From positions 15,253 to 79,252 of IMG/VR virus record IMGVR_UViG_3300033463_000080: a DNA stretch of 64,000 bases. One strand, written 5' to 3'. The translations under genes and the position numbers were made by a program. The stretch is from a virus. Lineage: Duplodnaviria > Caudoviricetes. This document shows, in pieces, positions 25,073 to 35,400 of the stretch. The number at the start of each line of letters is the position of its first letter. The first letter of the stretch is position 1. Under the pieces are notes generated by a model, which was not told where the DNA came from, made no database searches, and saw only the letters and a program-made list of their open reading frames with translations.

Positions 25073-25627
25073 ATGGAAGAAATTTGGAAAGACATCGAAG
25101 GGTATGAGGGATTTTATCAGGTGAGTAATTTGGGGAATGTAAAAAGCTTGAATTATGCGCATCGTGGATATCAAAAAAACCTTGTCCCAAAGTGTAATAA
25201 CAGTGGCAGGCTTTGGGTTGAATTAATTAAATACGGTGCAAGAAAGCCAATGCTCATTCACAGACTTGTTGCGATGGCGTTTATTCCAAACCCATGCAAC
25301 CTTCCACAAATTAATCACAAAGATGAAAACCCCAAAAACAATGCGGTTGATAATCTGGAATGGTGTACGAATAAATATAATGTTCAGTACACGGTCGATA
25401 GGCATCCTGAATGGTTTAGACGGGGAGGCAATCCCGGAAGAGAAAGAAATAGCAAGTATCACAGAATGCCGATTAATCAGTTTGATAAAAATGGGAATTT
25501 GATAAAACAATGGGCAAATGCAAGAACGATATTTGTTCAAACTGGGATGAGTGATTGGAGCATTGCTGAGTGTTGCAGAGGAAAAAGACACACGGCATAT
25601 GGTTTCAAATGGCAATATGCCATATGA
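25073..25627 (+). CDS. NUMOD4-HNH homing endonuclease
   Basis: EIWKDIEGYEGFYQVSNLGNVKS (NUMOD4); IHRLVAMAF..INHKDENPKNNAVDNLEWC; NUMOD1-like C-terminus. Confidence 0.9.
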   Translation: MEEIWKDIEGYEGFYQVSNLGNVKSLNYAHRGYQKNLVPKCNNSGRLWVELIKYGARKPMLIHRLVAMAFIPNPCNLPQINHKDENPKNNAVDNLEWCTNKYNVQYTVDRHPEWFRRGGNPGRERNSKYHRMPINQFDKNGNLIKQWANARTIFVQTGMSDWSIAECCRGKRHTAYGFKWQYAI

Positions 25628-25633
25628 AATAAA

Positions 25634-25719
25634 CATCGGAGAGAACCGATGCAAAACAAACGCAGGCTCTGAGAGAACAGAGGATAATCAAACGCAAATC
25701 ATTACGGAGCGGAGATGCT
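25634..25719 (+). promoter_or_regulatory. Tandem hairpins with AGAGAA/GGAGAT loops upstream of scaffold gene
   Basis: CATCGG-AGAGAA-CCGATG, CTCTG-AGAGAA-CAGAG, AGC-GGAGAT-GCT. Confidence 0.55.
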
Positions 25720-25746
25720 ACCTAAAAAGCGCAAGGGGGACTGAGC

Positions 25747-26448
25747 ATGTTGAAGAATCAGAACGGTTATTGGATGAGTCCGGGTTTCTGGGCAATGTTC
25801 GCGCCGGATGGCGGAGACGGTGCTGGCGGAGATGGAACTCCCGCCGGTGACGCAGCACCCGCAGGCGGAGAAGCATCCGGAGACGGCGAAAACGGGGCCG
25901 GCAAGGGCGGTGAAGACGGAAAGTCGGGCGAGAATTCAGCTGAAGCGCTGAGCGCCGAGATTGCCCGTTTAAAAGCCGAAATGGCGAAGCAGAAAGCGGC
26001 GATGGACAAGGCGACCAAGGAAGCCGGAGACGCCAAGAAGGCCCTGAAGCAGAAGATGACCCAGGAAGAGATTGACGCGGCTGCCAAGCAGGAAGCCGAG
26101 GAAAAAGCCGCCAAGGAACTGGACGAACTGCGCAGGGAGGTTGCCAAGGGCAAGACCGTGAAGACGGTGATGGGCAAACTCGGACTGGACGAGGATGCCG
26201 CCGGCAACCTGGCGGATCATCTGTACGGCGCGGCGGACATTGACAACGCGCTGCTGGAGATCCAGAAAGCGTGGCAGGCGAAGGAAGCTGCGCTGCGCAA
26301 GGAGTTCGGGAAGATCACCGGCCCGGGCGCGGGTGCGGACAGCAACAGTCCGGAAGCACAGGCTGTCCGGCGGGCCGCTGACATCGGCAAGGCCCGGAAC
26401 GCACAGAACGAACAGGCTCAGAAAGCCATGAACGCCTATCTACGGTGA
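25747..26448 (+). CDS. Capsid scaffolding protein
   Basis: Acidic Gly-rich N-terminus and coiled coil; position between gp7-like gene and capsid genes. Confidence 0.75.
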   Translation: MLKNQNGYWMSPGFWAMFAPDGGDGAGGDGTPAGDAAPAGGEASGDGENGAGKGGEDGKSGENSAEALSAEIARLKAEMAKQKAAMDKATKEAGDAKKALKQKMTQEEIDAAAKQEAEEKAAKELDELRREVAKGKTVKTVMGKLGLDEDAAGNLADHLYGAADIDNALLEIQKAWQAKEAALRKEFGKITGPGAGADSNSPEAQAVRRAADIGKARNAQNEQAQKAMNAYLR

Positions 26449-26511
26449 GACTGAAATCGGTCAGTCTGACCGATAGGAAATATAAACCACTTTACGAAAG
26501 GAGAAACAGGT

Positions 26512-26874
26512 ATGAATTACTCCAAGACCAGCTATGGCGGAACGATTGAAATTCTGGCCAGCAAAGACTTCCAGGCGATTCCTGTGACGGTCGCTGAACC
26601 CGGAGCCGGCACTGTCGTGAAGGCCGGAACCCCGCTGAACGCGAGTGGCGAGTCCACCACCGGCAGCGGTGCCGTCGGCATCCTGCTGTACGACGTGGAT
26701 ACCGCGAAGAACCCGAACGGCGCGGCGGTTGTGCAGGGCATCATCGACGCCACCAAGGCCCAGAGCCACAGCGGCGTATCCTATGTTGACGCGCTGTACA
26801 GTGCGCTGCCCGGAGTTGTGTTCCGGACCAACATCGGCGCACAGGGCGAAACCGGCGAGACCGGGGAAACCTGA
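26512..26874 (+). CDS. Head decoration/capsid-stabilising protein
   Basis: VVKAGTPL..AVGILLYDVD..GAAVVQGIID pattern; precedes major capsid gene. Confidence 0.75.
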   Translation: MNYSKTSYGGTIEILASKDFQAIPVTVAEPGAGTVVKAGTPLNASGESTTGSGAVGILLYDVDTAKNPNGAAVVQGIIDATKAQSHSGVSYVDALYSALPGVVFRTNIGAQGETGETGET

Positions 26875-26888
26875 TCGGAGGATAGCCG

Positions 26889-27539
26889 ATGAAAATACTC
26901 GTTGCCGTACCGACGTTTGAAACGATTTATCCGGACACCTACAAATCGCTGTGGGATCTGGACAAGTGCGGGCATGAGGTGCTGTTTGACAGCGTGCGCG
27001 GATACGATGTCGCGACGGCGCGGAACAGGATTGCCCAGCGCGCGCTTGAACTGGAAACGGACTGGCTGCTTTCGGTGGACAACGACGTGGTGCTTCCGAA
27101 GGATGCATTGAAACTGCTCATGGAGGACGCGCGCGACGTGAACCTCGGATACTACGCGCACAGGGACCCGAAGAACAACTACACAGGCCGGATGTGCGTG
27201 TGCAGGCTGAAGGACGCGGAAGGGAACGAGTATTACCACTATCCCAAGGAATCGCAGTACACGGCGAACGAACTGCACGCACTGGCGGCTGCCGGGGAGA
27301 AGAAGATTGAGATCCACGGCGGCGGCATGGGATGCGCGCTGATCCGGACGGAAGTCTTCCGGAAGACCTCGTACCCATGGTACGACTGGGTGAATTACGG
27401 GGACAGAAACCGGGGAATGCTGAGTGAAGACCTGTACTTCTGCTCAGTATGCAGGGCAAGCGGGATTGCGATTCATGCGGACGTCAGGGTAGGATGCGGA
27501 CATATGTTCCGGTATATCCAGTACCCTGAAGATCTGTAG
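26889..27539 (+). CDS. GT-A fold glycosyltransferase within the capsid operon
   Basis: ILVAVPT, ARN, VDNDV (DxD), GGGMGCALI, SEDLYFC, CGH; paralog of 6389..7030. Confidence 0.8.
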   Translation: MKILVAVPTFETIYPDTYKSLWDLDKCGHEVLFDSVRGYDVATARNRIAQRALELETDWLLSVDNDVVLPKDALKLLMEDARDVNLGYYAHRDPKNNYTGRMCVCRLKDAEGNEYYHYPKESQYTANELHALAAAGEKKIEIHGGGMGCALIRTEVFRKTSYPWYDWVNYGDRNRGMLSEDLYFCSVCRASGIAIHADVRVGCGHMFRYIQYPEDL

Positions 27540-27612
27540 TTTTTTTAGCCTGTGGTTATTACGAAAAGAGGTACAGGTACCACAAAGAAAGTTATGAAAG
27601 GAGAAAAACACT

Positions 27613-28680
27613 ATGCTGTTTGATGGACTGTTTAGTCCGGCCGCCATCGGCGCAAACTGGACTGAGAATGTCAGCAACCGGATCCCCTATCTGGGCGAAG
27701 GACTGTTTCCCGCCCGCAAGCAGGCTGGCCTGGATCTGAAATGGATCAAGGGAAGCAAAGGTATTCCGGTATCCCTGATGCCCACCGCGTTTGACGCGAA
27801 AGCGACCTTCCGCGACAGGATCGGCGTGGAAAAGGTTGAAACCGAAATGCCCTTCTTCCGGGAGGGTTTCAAAATCAAGGAACGGGATCGTCAGGATATC
27901 CTGCGCGCGCAGAGCGCCAACGATCCCTATGTGAACGCCGCCATCGCGCGGGTGTTCGACGACGCCAACGAACTGATTGAAGGCGCGCTGGTTGTCGGTG
28001 AGCGTGAACGGATGCAGCTGCTGTTCCCGGTGAACGGCAACGTCGGCATCACCATTCAGGCGAACGGTGTGGATTACACCTACAACTACGACCCGGATGG
28101 CGCGTGGAAAGCCAGCAACTACTTTGAACTGGAAGGCGATGACAAGTGGTCTGCTCCCACGACCTCTGATCCTTTCGGCGACATTCAGGATGCGAAGGAT
28201 GCCATCGCCGCGAAGACCGGTTCCGATCTGCGGATCATGGTCATGAACAAGGCGACCTTTAAATACCTGCGGAACAACACGAACATCAAGAACCGCTTCC
28301 TGACCAAGAGCGGTGCGGCGTTCGGCTACCTGACGGATGCGGAGATCATCCAGATCCTGAAGGATACCAACGACCTGGATGGCATCGTGCTGTATGACAA
28401 GCAGTTCCGGAACGAGAACAAGGTTGCGGCCAAGTTCGTTCCCGATGGCTATGTCGCGCTGATTCCGGCCGGCTCTCTGGGCGAAACCTGCTACGGCACC
28501 ACGCCCGAAGAAGCCGACCTGATGGGTAAGGGCATTGCGCAGGTTCAGATCGTGGAAACCGGCATCGCCGTGACCCAGATCGTGGATCCGCATCCCGTGA
28601 ACCTGAACACCTTTGCTTCCGAAATCGTCCTGCCCAGCTATGAACGGATGGACGAGGTTGCCGTGCTGAAGGTTTATTGA
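27613..28680 (+). CDS. Major capsid protein (lambda gpE-like family)
   Basis: LGEGLFPARK, LKWIKG, MPFFREG, EIVLPSYER; size and position. Confidence 0.88.
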   Translation: MLFDGLFSPAAIGANWTENVSNRIPYLGEGLFPARKQAGLDLKWIKGSKGIPVSLMPTAFDAKATFRDRIGVEKVETEMPFFREGFKIKERDRQDILRAQSANDPYVNAAIARVFDDANELIEGALVVGERERMQLLFPVNGNVGITIQANGVDYTYNYDPDGAWKASNYFELEGDDKWSAPTTSDPFGDIQDAKDAIAAKTGSDLRIMVMNKATFKYLRNNTNIKNRFLTKSGAAFGYLTDAEIIQILKDTNDLDGIVLYDKQFRNENKVAAKFVPDGYVALIPAGSLGETCYGTTPEEADLMGKGIAQVQIVETGIAVTQIVDPHPVNLNTFASEIVLPSYERMDEVAVLKVY

Positions 28681-28750
28681 TGACATTTCAACCTGAGCGT
28701 TCGTGAGTGGCGGGCGCTCAGGGCAGATTTCATATGAAAGGGGATTCACC

Positions 28751-28936
28751 ATGATTGCGACGCACAATATCAAGGTGAACGGCATGTGGATTCGCGCCGG
28801 GGAGCAGTATGGCGAACCGGAAGCGAAGCAGAAAGCAGAAAAGGTGGCTGAACCCGTAGCGGCGGAAGAACCGAATGCGGAAGAACCGAAGGCTGAAAAG
28901 CCGAAGACGGCGTCTCGCCGGAAGACCACCAAGTAA
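28751..28936 (+). CDS. Small head-associated protein
   Basis: IKVNGMWIRAGE followed by an E/K/P-rich tail. Confidence 0.6.
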   Translation: MIATHNIKVNGMWIRAGEQYGEPEAKQKAEKVAEPVAAEEPNAEEPKAEKPKTASRRKTTK

Positions 28937-28950
28937 AGGAGGCGGACAGG

Positions 28951-29277
28951 ATGACCGATGAAAAGAAACTCAGTATGCTGCGCAGTATGCTGGGAGACGA
29001 CGAAATGGATGACGGCATCCTGGAAGTCTATCTTGAAATTGCCGGACAGGCGATCCTGAACCGGATGTATCCGTACAAGACGAACTATGACGGACTGACG
29101 GTTCCGGACAGGTATGTGGCGATCCAGCTGAAGGTCAGTTGCTACCTCATCAACAAAATTGGCGCGGAAGGCGAAATCCAGCACATCGAAAACGGAATCC
29201 ATCGCAATTACGGTGCGTCGGACATTCCGGACGGGATGCTGAAGGACGTCGTACCGTTCTGTCAGGCGATCCGGTAA
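28951..29277 (+). CDS. Head-tail connector (adaptor)
   Basis: Position; YLINKIGAEGEIQHIENGIHRNY. Confidence 0.75.
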   Translation: MTDEKKLSMLRSMLGDDEMDDGILEVYLEIAGQAILNRMYPYKTNYDGLTVPDRYVAIQLKVSCYLINKIGAEGEIQHIENGIHRNYGASDIPDGMLKDVVPFCQAIR

Positions 29278-29289
29278 GGCGGTGGTGAC

Positions 29290-29694
29290 ATGCGGCTGCT
29301 GAGACGGAACACGACAGTATTTGAGTACCTGCCCTATGACGGCACGGAAACCGATCTGAACGATGACGGTGAACATACCGGGGAGTTTCACCCGGACTAC
29401 GGCACAGCGGTGACGTACAGGGGCAATATCTCCACGCCGAGCGGCCAGACCGCGCACACGTTCTACGGCGAGGACATCCGCTACACGCACATGCTGGTCA
29501 TGGATAAACCGGATGCGGCAATCAACGAACACGGCGTTGTGCTGTGGAAGGGCCACCAGTACGAGGTGACGGCGGTGCGGCCGAGCCTGAACGTTCTGAA
29601 CATTGCGCTTCGGCGCATGACGGAAGACAACGGCGAACCGTATGTGCCGGACGAAGAACCCGTGACCGGAGAGACCGGCGGTGATGAACCGTGA
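29290..29694 (+). CDS. Head closure/stopper protein
   Basis: Position; DDGEHTGE, YEVTAVRPSLN. Confidence 0.7.
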   Translation: MRLLRRNTTVFEYLPYDGTETDLNDDGEHTGEFHPDYGTAVTYRGNISTPSGQTAHTFYGEDIRYTHMLVMDKPDAAINEHGVVLWKGHQYEVTAVRPSLNVLNIALRRMTEDNGEPYVPDEEPVTGETGGDEP

Positions 29695-30251
29695 GTTATA
29701 CCCTGAAGAACATTGACATGACTCTGGACGAGAGTTCAATCGAGAAGGCGATCAGGGAAGTCAATCGTTTTGCGGAACAGCTTCAGGATGCACTGGACGG
29801 TCTGTGTGAACGGCTTCTGGACGAAGGCGTTGAAGTCGTGAAGATGCAGATCCTGGCCATGCCGGCCGTGGACACCGGCGCGCTGATGGCGAGTATTGGC
29901 CACGGCGCATTCGACCGGACAAGCGGTACCGGAGTGATCTATGCCGGAGCGTACTATGCGATGTTTGTCGAGTTCGGAACGGGAATCGTAGGCAAGGCCA
30001 ATCCGCATCCGATGGCCGGCAAGGTGGACTCCGCTGTGCTTGGCATGAACGGATCCGTGTACGACCGTTACGATACAAACAAGCACGGGAACGATGGCTG
30101 GTTTTACAGGGCGGTGGGCGAGAACGGATACAGCTGGACGAAAGGTATGCCGGCCAGACCGTTTATGTATAACGCCGGGATCACGCTGGAAGGATACGCC
30201 AGGGAACACGGGGCGGAAATCATTGCGGAATACATCAGGAGCGGGGGTTGA
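29691..30251 (+). CDS. HK97 gp10-like tail completion protein
   Basis: VDTGALMASI, YAMFVEFGTG, TKGMPARPFM. Confidence 0.8.
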   Translation: MSYTLKNIDMTLDESSIEKAIREVNRFAEQLQDALDGLCERLLDEGVEVVKMQILAMPAVDTGALMASIGHGAFDRTSGTGVIYAGAYYAMFVEFGTGIVGKANPHPMAGKVDSAVLGMNGSVYDRYDTNKHGNDGWFYRAVGENGYSWTKGMPARPFMYNAGITLEGYAREHGAEIIAEYIRSGG

Positions 30252-30257
30252 CGAAGC

Positions 30258-30656
30258 ATGATCGACTATGAAGTGAAAATCTTCAACAGGGTTCACGCAA
30301 AAGTCGCTCCGCTGTGTGCCAAAGGCAAGTTTGTCAGCACGATCATTACGGAGGAGCCGACCGGATTTCCGGCGGCCAGCCTAATCGAGATCGATAATCG
30401 AACCGTGAGCGCGCGTCAGGGCAGTACTCCGAAGGAAAATTTCGCTCTGATTACATACCAGCTGGACGTGTATGCCACCACGAAGTCCAAGTGCCGCGAA
30501 GTGTTCGCCACCGCAGACGAATCCATGATTGCCATGAACTTCAACCGCGTAAGCGGACAGTACATGGACAATGCTGGAAACACGAAAGTGTTCCGGTACG
30601 TGGCGCGTTACAATGCGGAAATTGATCCGGACGGAAACATCTACCGCAGAAAGTAA
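30258..30656 (+). CDS. Tail terminator protein
   Basis: Position before major tail protein; TYQLDVYA, FRYVARY. Confidence 0.65.
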   Translation: MIDYEVKIFNRVHAKVAPLCAKGKFVSTIITEEPTGFPAASLIEIDNRTVSARQGSTPKENFALITYQLDVYATTKSKCREVFATADESMIAMNFNRVSGQYMDNAGNTKVFRYVARYNAEIDPDGNIYRRK

Positions 30657-30762
30657 CGGCCGCGAAACTGAATACATGAGAGACGCATGATTTGCGGGTA
30701 TGGATTCTATCCACGCTTTCATGCGTTTTTGCTATCCATCACAACGAAAGGAGACAAAGACT

Positions 30763-31480
30763 ATGCCCAGTGTAAAAGGTATTTCGACCTATCAGACTTA
30801 CCTGATGTACAGGACGACCACGAACGGCGACTATGCCAAGCTGATCGACATCACGTCCTTCCCGGATCTGATTCCTCCGAAGGAGAGAATCGACATCACC
30901 TCGCTGAGTGACTACATGCGTAGACTGTAATGCGCCTTTGCCCGGTAACGGGCATAGCAAACCTGTTTAATTGCCGGAAACTCTCCGCATTGATACCGGG
31001 TGCGGAGACAATCGGCAGCCAAGGCTGGAAACGGCAAGGTTCAACGACTATCCCGAAAGGGAGTACGCCGCAAGCGATTGGCGGCGGAAATGGCAGGGAT
31101 CCGGAAACGGATCGTGAGATAGTCTGATCTCCATGGCGACATGGAGCAGTCCGAAAGGACGGTTGCGGAGCAGCGACCCGCAGCGAACACAAGTGGTTTA
31201 CATCAGCGGTATCGGCGATACCTCCGAGTTCCAGTTCGGTGCGAACTACACGCCCGAGAACTATGCGAAGGTGAAGGCCCTGGAAAACAACGTCTACGGT
31301 TACGCCGTATGGTTCGGCGCGTCCGGTTCCGCAGGTTCGGAAGATCCGGACGGCCACTACGGAAAGTTCAGCTGGACCGGCGACATCTCTGCGGGTATTT
31401 CCGGCGGTGGCGTGAACGAAGCGGTTGGTATGACCATTAACTGCACGCCCAGCACGGTTGTTGTGTACAGTTCCACCTGA
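30763..31480 (+). CDS. Major tail protein, spliced: join(30763..30921,31196..31480), 147 aa
   Basis: Exon 1 ...IDITSLSDYMR joins in frame to VYISGIGDTSEFQFGANY, restoring the usual phage tail-tube motif. Confidence 0.85.
30922..31195 (+). ncRNA. Group I self-splicing intron, 274 nt, no internal ORF (IA-like, with P7.1/P7.2)
   Basis: Exon ends in U, intron ends in G; P AATTGCCGG, Q AATCGGCAGC (P4 UGCCGG/UCGGCA), R TCAACGACTA, S GAGATAGTC (P7 GACUA/UAGUC), P3, P8, P9 hairpins, P10 UGUAA/UUACA. Confidence 0.9.
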
Positions 31481-31602
31481 TGAGCAATGCCATGGGGGAG
31501 GGTATCCTCCCCCGTGGCAACGGTCATAAACACACATGAGGAGGCATTGATATGCCGAGAAAGACTGTGCCGATTGATTCGGCGAGAAAGGAAGGCAAGC
31601 CA

Positions 31603-31950
31603 ATGGCTGCGGAAAAAAAGGATTTCACCAAGGTTATTATCGGAGACAAGGAAGGGAACAAATACACGCTGGAGTTCAATGCCCGCGTGGTGAAGAACAT
31701 GGAGCGGAGAGGGTTCAAGATTGACACCGACTATCCGCACTCGATGATCGACGATCTGTTCCTGGGCGCATTCCAGATGCACCACAAAAACATTATGCCG
31801 GAGCGCGTGCGCGAGATCTGGAAACAGCAGACCCACAAGGATGATCTGCTTGGCATTCTGACCAAGCTGTACATGAAACCGCTGGAGGATCTGATGGCAG
31901 AACCTGAAGGCGACGAGGAAAACGAAACCCCTACGTGGGAGACCGTCTGA
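31603..31950 (+). CDS. Tail assembly chaperone (gpG-like)
   Basis: Position between major tail protein and tape measure; YTLEFNAR. Confidence 0.7.
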   Translation: MAAEKKDFTKVIIGDKEGNKYTLEFNARVVKNMERRGFKIDTDYPHSMIDDLFLGAFQMHHKNIMPERVREIWKQQTHKDDLLGILTKLYMKPLEDLMAEPEGDEENETPTWETV

Positions 31951-32417
31951 CAGACGATCAGAAGCAGACGGAGTCCCGTTCGTATGGAGATATCTTTGAC
32001 GAACTGTTTCCACACTACCTGCTGATGGGCATGACCCCGGAGCAGTACTGGGACGGCGAGAGCGGACTCAAGAAGGCATACCGGAAAGCATACGAAATGA
32101 GCGTGGAAATGGAGCAGCGGAATGCGGACCGGAACAACTGGTACATGGGGCAGTACATGATGGCGGTGCTGCAGAGCGTGCCGTTGCTTGTGGGCGGACT
32201 GAACGTGAAGCGTGGAACGCAGCTGCCTGAGTATCCGAAAGAACCGTTCCTGGAGAAGGCAATTGCCGAGAAGAAACAGGAAGTCAAAAAGAAACGCGAA
32301 GAAGACCAGATGAAACTTGCCATGGCGATGTTCCAGGCGAGTATCGCCAAGTTCAACAAGAACGTTGAAAAGCGACTCGCAACGGAAAAGAGCAGGCAAA
32401 CTAATACTGGGCAGTAA
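31935..32417 (+). CDS. Tail assembly chaperone extension (gpT-like)
   Basis: Overlaps upstream ORF in the -1 frame; GMTPEQYWDG motif. Confidence 0.65.
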   Translation: MGDRLTDDQKQTESRSYGDIFDELFPHYLLMGMTPEQYWDGESGLKKAYRKAYEMSVEMEQRNADRNNWYMGQYMMAVLQSVPLLVGGLNVKRGTQLPEYPKEPFLEKAIAEKKQEVKKKREEDQMKLAMAMFQASIAKFNKNVEKRLATEKSRQTNTGQ

Positions 32418-32452
32418 GAATATGGGGCGCGTCAGCGAGGAGGAATCAGGCT

Positions 32453-35400
32453 ATGGCCGAAGTTGGAGTATTGAATTTAACAATTCATGACAATTCTGAA
32501 GAAGCAGGCCAGGGCCTTAAAAACCTCTCTGACGCGCTTTCTGCTGTCAAAATGGCTGTTGCTGGATTTTCACTCGCCGGTGTAAACAGATCCATTAAAT
32601 CAATTGTGGACGGCGTGAAAGACAACACAAAGGTTGTCAGCGAACTGGGGAAACTTTTTAGTGCATTGGCTCAGTTCGGAAAGGTGAAAAATTTCAACAT
32701 CCCGACAGACCAGTTTACGGAACTGAAGAATGCAATCAACGGAATGAGCATCGGATCGACCGGTGTGCAGATGAAAGCGCTTCGTGAAGCGATTGCCGGA
32801 GAATGGAATACTGAGAATCTTTCTGCCGTAACGACCACGATGGGGAGCCTGCAAATGGCGGCCGCCGGATGGGCGCAAAGCGGAACGGCAAAAAGCATCA
32901 TGGACGTTACCAAAGCCATTGAGAAGTACAACGGGGCAGTATCCAAGATGCCGGCCGACAATCCGTTCAAGTTTGTCGTAAGCACATTCCAGACGGATCT
33001 GTCCAGAATGAGCGGCGGTATTGATAAATTAAAACAGGCTTCCGGCGACTGGCGTAGTGCGATGGGTGACGCGACAAAGGAGATCGCCGCAAGCAGCAAA
33101 ATGAAGGGCGAATTTATCGGCGACAACATGGTTGCCGGTGTGGACGACGGCATGAAGCGCAGTATCACCATTACGACAAATACTGCGGTTCAGCTGGCCA
33201 TGGCGATTTACAACGCAATCGCAAACACGCTGGGCATTTCGTCTCCCGCAAAGGAAGGTATCAAGATCGGCGAATACTTTGTGGAAGGCGTTATTATCGG
33301 CTTGCAGACGAAGAAAGGTGAACTGGCATCCGCAGCAAAAGAAATAGCGGAAGTCATGGGTTCCCTGAAAGAAATCAACAAGCTTTCCAAGGTCGGCGAG
33401 AACCTGAGATCATACGGAGACGGACTGAGAGCAATCGGTTCGGCTGTCAAGGCGCACGAAGGATCATACCACAGCATTACATATCTCGCGACCGCGATGG
33501 GGAAGCTGAAGGATTCCTTCACCGGACTCAAGATCCCGAATTTCCAGAACCTGGTTTCTCTTGCGGAAGCACTGCAGGAGAACTACAATGCTTCGACAGA
33601 ACTGAAGAAGTTCGCGGACGGCCTGGAAGCGCTGAAAGCGGCGGGCAAGGAATTCTCCATGCCGAGTTTCCGGGGACTGATCAGCGCGATGCAGGCGATC
33701 AGCGGAACGAACAGCACGCCGATGACCATGATGGCACAGGCAGCGGACGCTGCAAAGACAATGACTTCTTCTGTCACCGAATCCGTGAAAGCGGTTCAGG
33801 CAGAGGATGTGGCTCTCACCAAAGTTGAAGAAACAGGGCAAAGCGTCACTTCAACCATGGAAACGATGAACGGATCCATGCGTGAAATGTCGAAAACGAG
33901 CCAGGTCATGATTGACTTCTCCAGGTTCGATCCGGCCAAGCTTCCGCTGGGTGCGCTCGGCATGAGGATGGACGAAACAAGCAAGCAGATTATTCAGTTC
34001 GGCGCGGCGGCGAAGGATTCATTTGAAACGGTTCAGCGGATGGCGTCCCAGCAGTCGTTCGGGCAACTCAATATCGAGGAAGAAGCAAAGGCAAGCACAC
34101 AGCAGGTTGACGAACTGAAAGAGCATGTGCTTGAACTGTTCAGCCAGTGGAAGGAAGCGCTTGCCGCCGGACGCGAGGTTGAAAAGGAATGGCGTACAAC
34201 GCTGAATAATCCGGAGGCCTCTGATACTGCCAAGCTTGATATTATGGACAAATATCATGCTGCGATGGATACCGTCAGAAATCTTCGGAATGAAATGCTT
34301 GATATTGATAAGCGCGCATCCGACATGGCGGCGTCTGTCGGAGGTGCATATGAGAGTATTGCAAAGGCGGTTGACGAACACACAAGGGCCATTTATGGCG
34401 AAGTTCAGGCTGAAGGGGTTGCGTATAAGAATCGCCAGCTGATGATTACGCAGATGAGACAGCTGGAGTACTATACGAAAAACTGGTCTCAGATGACCGA
34501 TAAGGATCGCGCCAATTTCAAGAGCATGCATGCCGAAAACGAAATCATGACGCAGTCGATCCAGCTGATTGATGAACGGATGGCAAAGCAGCAGGAACTG
34601 AATGCCTCTATTGAACAGACAAATACTGAAAGCATCGGTGGCGGTATCAACACAAGATCGTATGACGATATTGAGTCCAAGCTGGAACTTCTGATTGAGA
34701 AATACTATATCATTAAGGATAAACTGGAAGAAGGAATCCGGACAGGAAAGATTGACGACGAAGCAATTAACAGTTACAAACTGAGTCTCAGATCGCTTGA
34801 GGAACAGATTAACCGTCTGCAAATGAAGCAGAACGAATTGACCGACAGAAGCGGGACGGTTATCAGCGAGGACGAAGCGATCAGGGCAGCGGAGAACTAT
34901 ATGCAGGTTACAACCTCTGTCGATCTGCTGAAGCAAAAACTGGACGAACTGGAAGTCAAACTTGGTCGCGGCATTACGCTCGGAACAATGGATACGAGCG
35001 AAGTCATAACAACCACAAATCAGATTGAAAAACTGCGGGAGCAAATTGCGGAACTGGAAGGGCAGACGGAGTCCATGACTTCCTCGTGGGCAAGCATGCG
35101 GTCGGACATCGGCGCATTGTTTGCTCCGCTCAAAAACCTTGCTCACCAGTTCTGGAATATCGGCCGTCGCATGATGATCCGCTCGATCATCCGGACGTTT
35201 ATTTCCGGTATCAAGGAAGGGATTGAAAACACATACTATTATAGCAAGCAGATGAAGACGGACTTCGCTCCGGCAATGGATCAGGCGGCAACATCGATTA
35301 CGTATCTGAAAAACAGCCTGGGCGCTGCGCTTACCCCCGCTCTTCAGGCGCTGATTCCGCTTCTGCAAACGGTGGTTGGCTGGATTGTGCAACTGGCAAA

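Noticed and set aside
21660-25627. HNH genes as intron-encoded ORFs interrupting terL or head genes
   Set aside because: Flanking genes end and start with complete termini, and no group I core motifs surround the HNH ORFs
27592-29739. Long antisense ORFs (also 1644..2882, 34019..35392, 39309..40661, 58608..60020)
   Set aside because: Shadows of GC-rich sense genes, with no RBS or recognisable motifs
31915-31950. Canonical slippery heptamer for the tail chaperone frameshift
   Set aside because: The ORFs overlap in the -1 frame but no in-frame X XXY YYZ was found; the mechanism is left open
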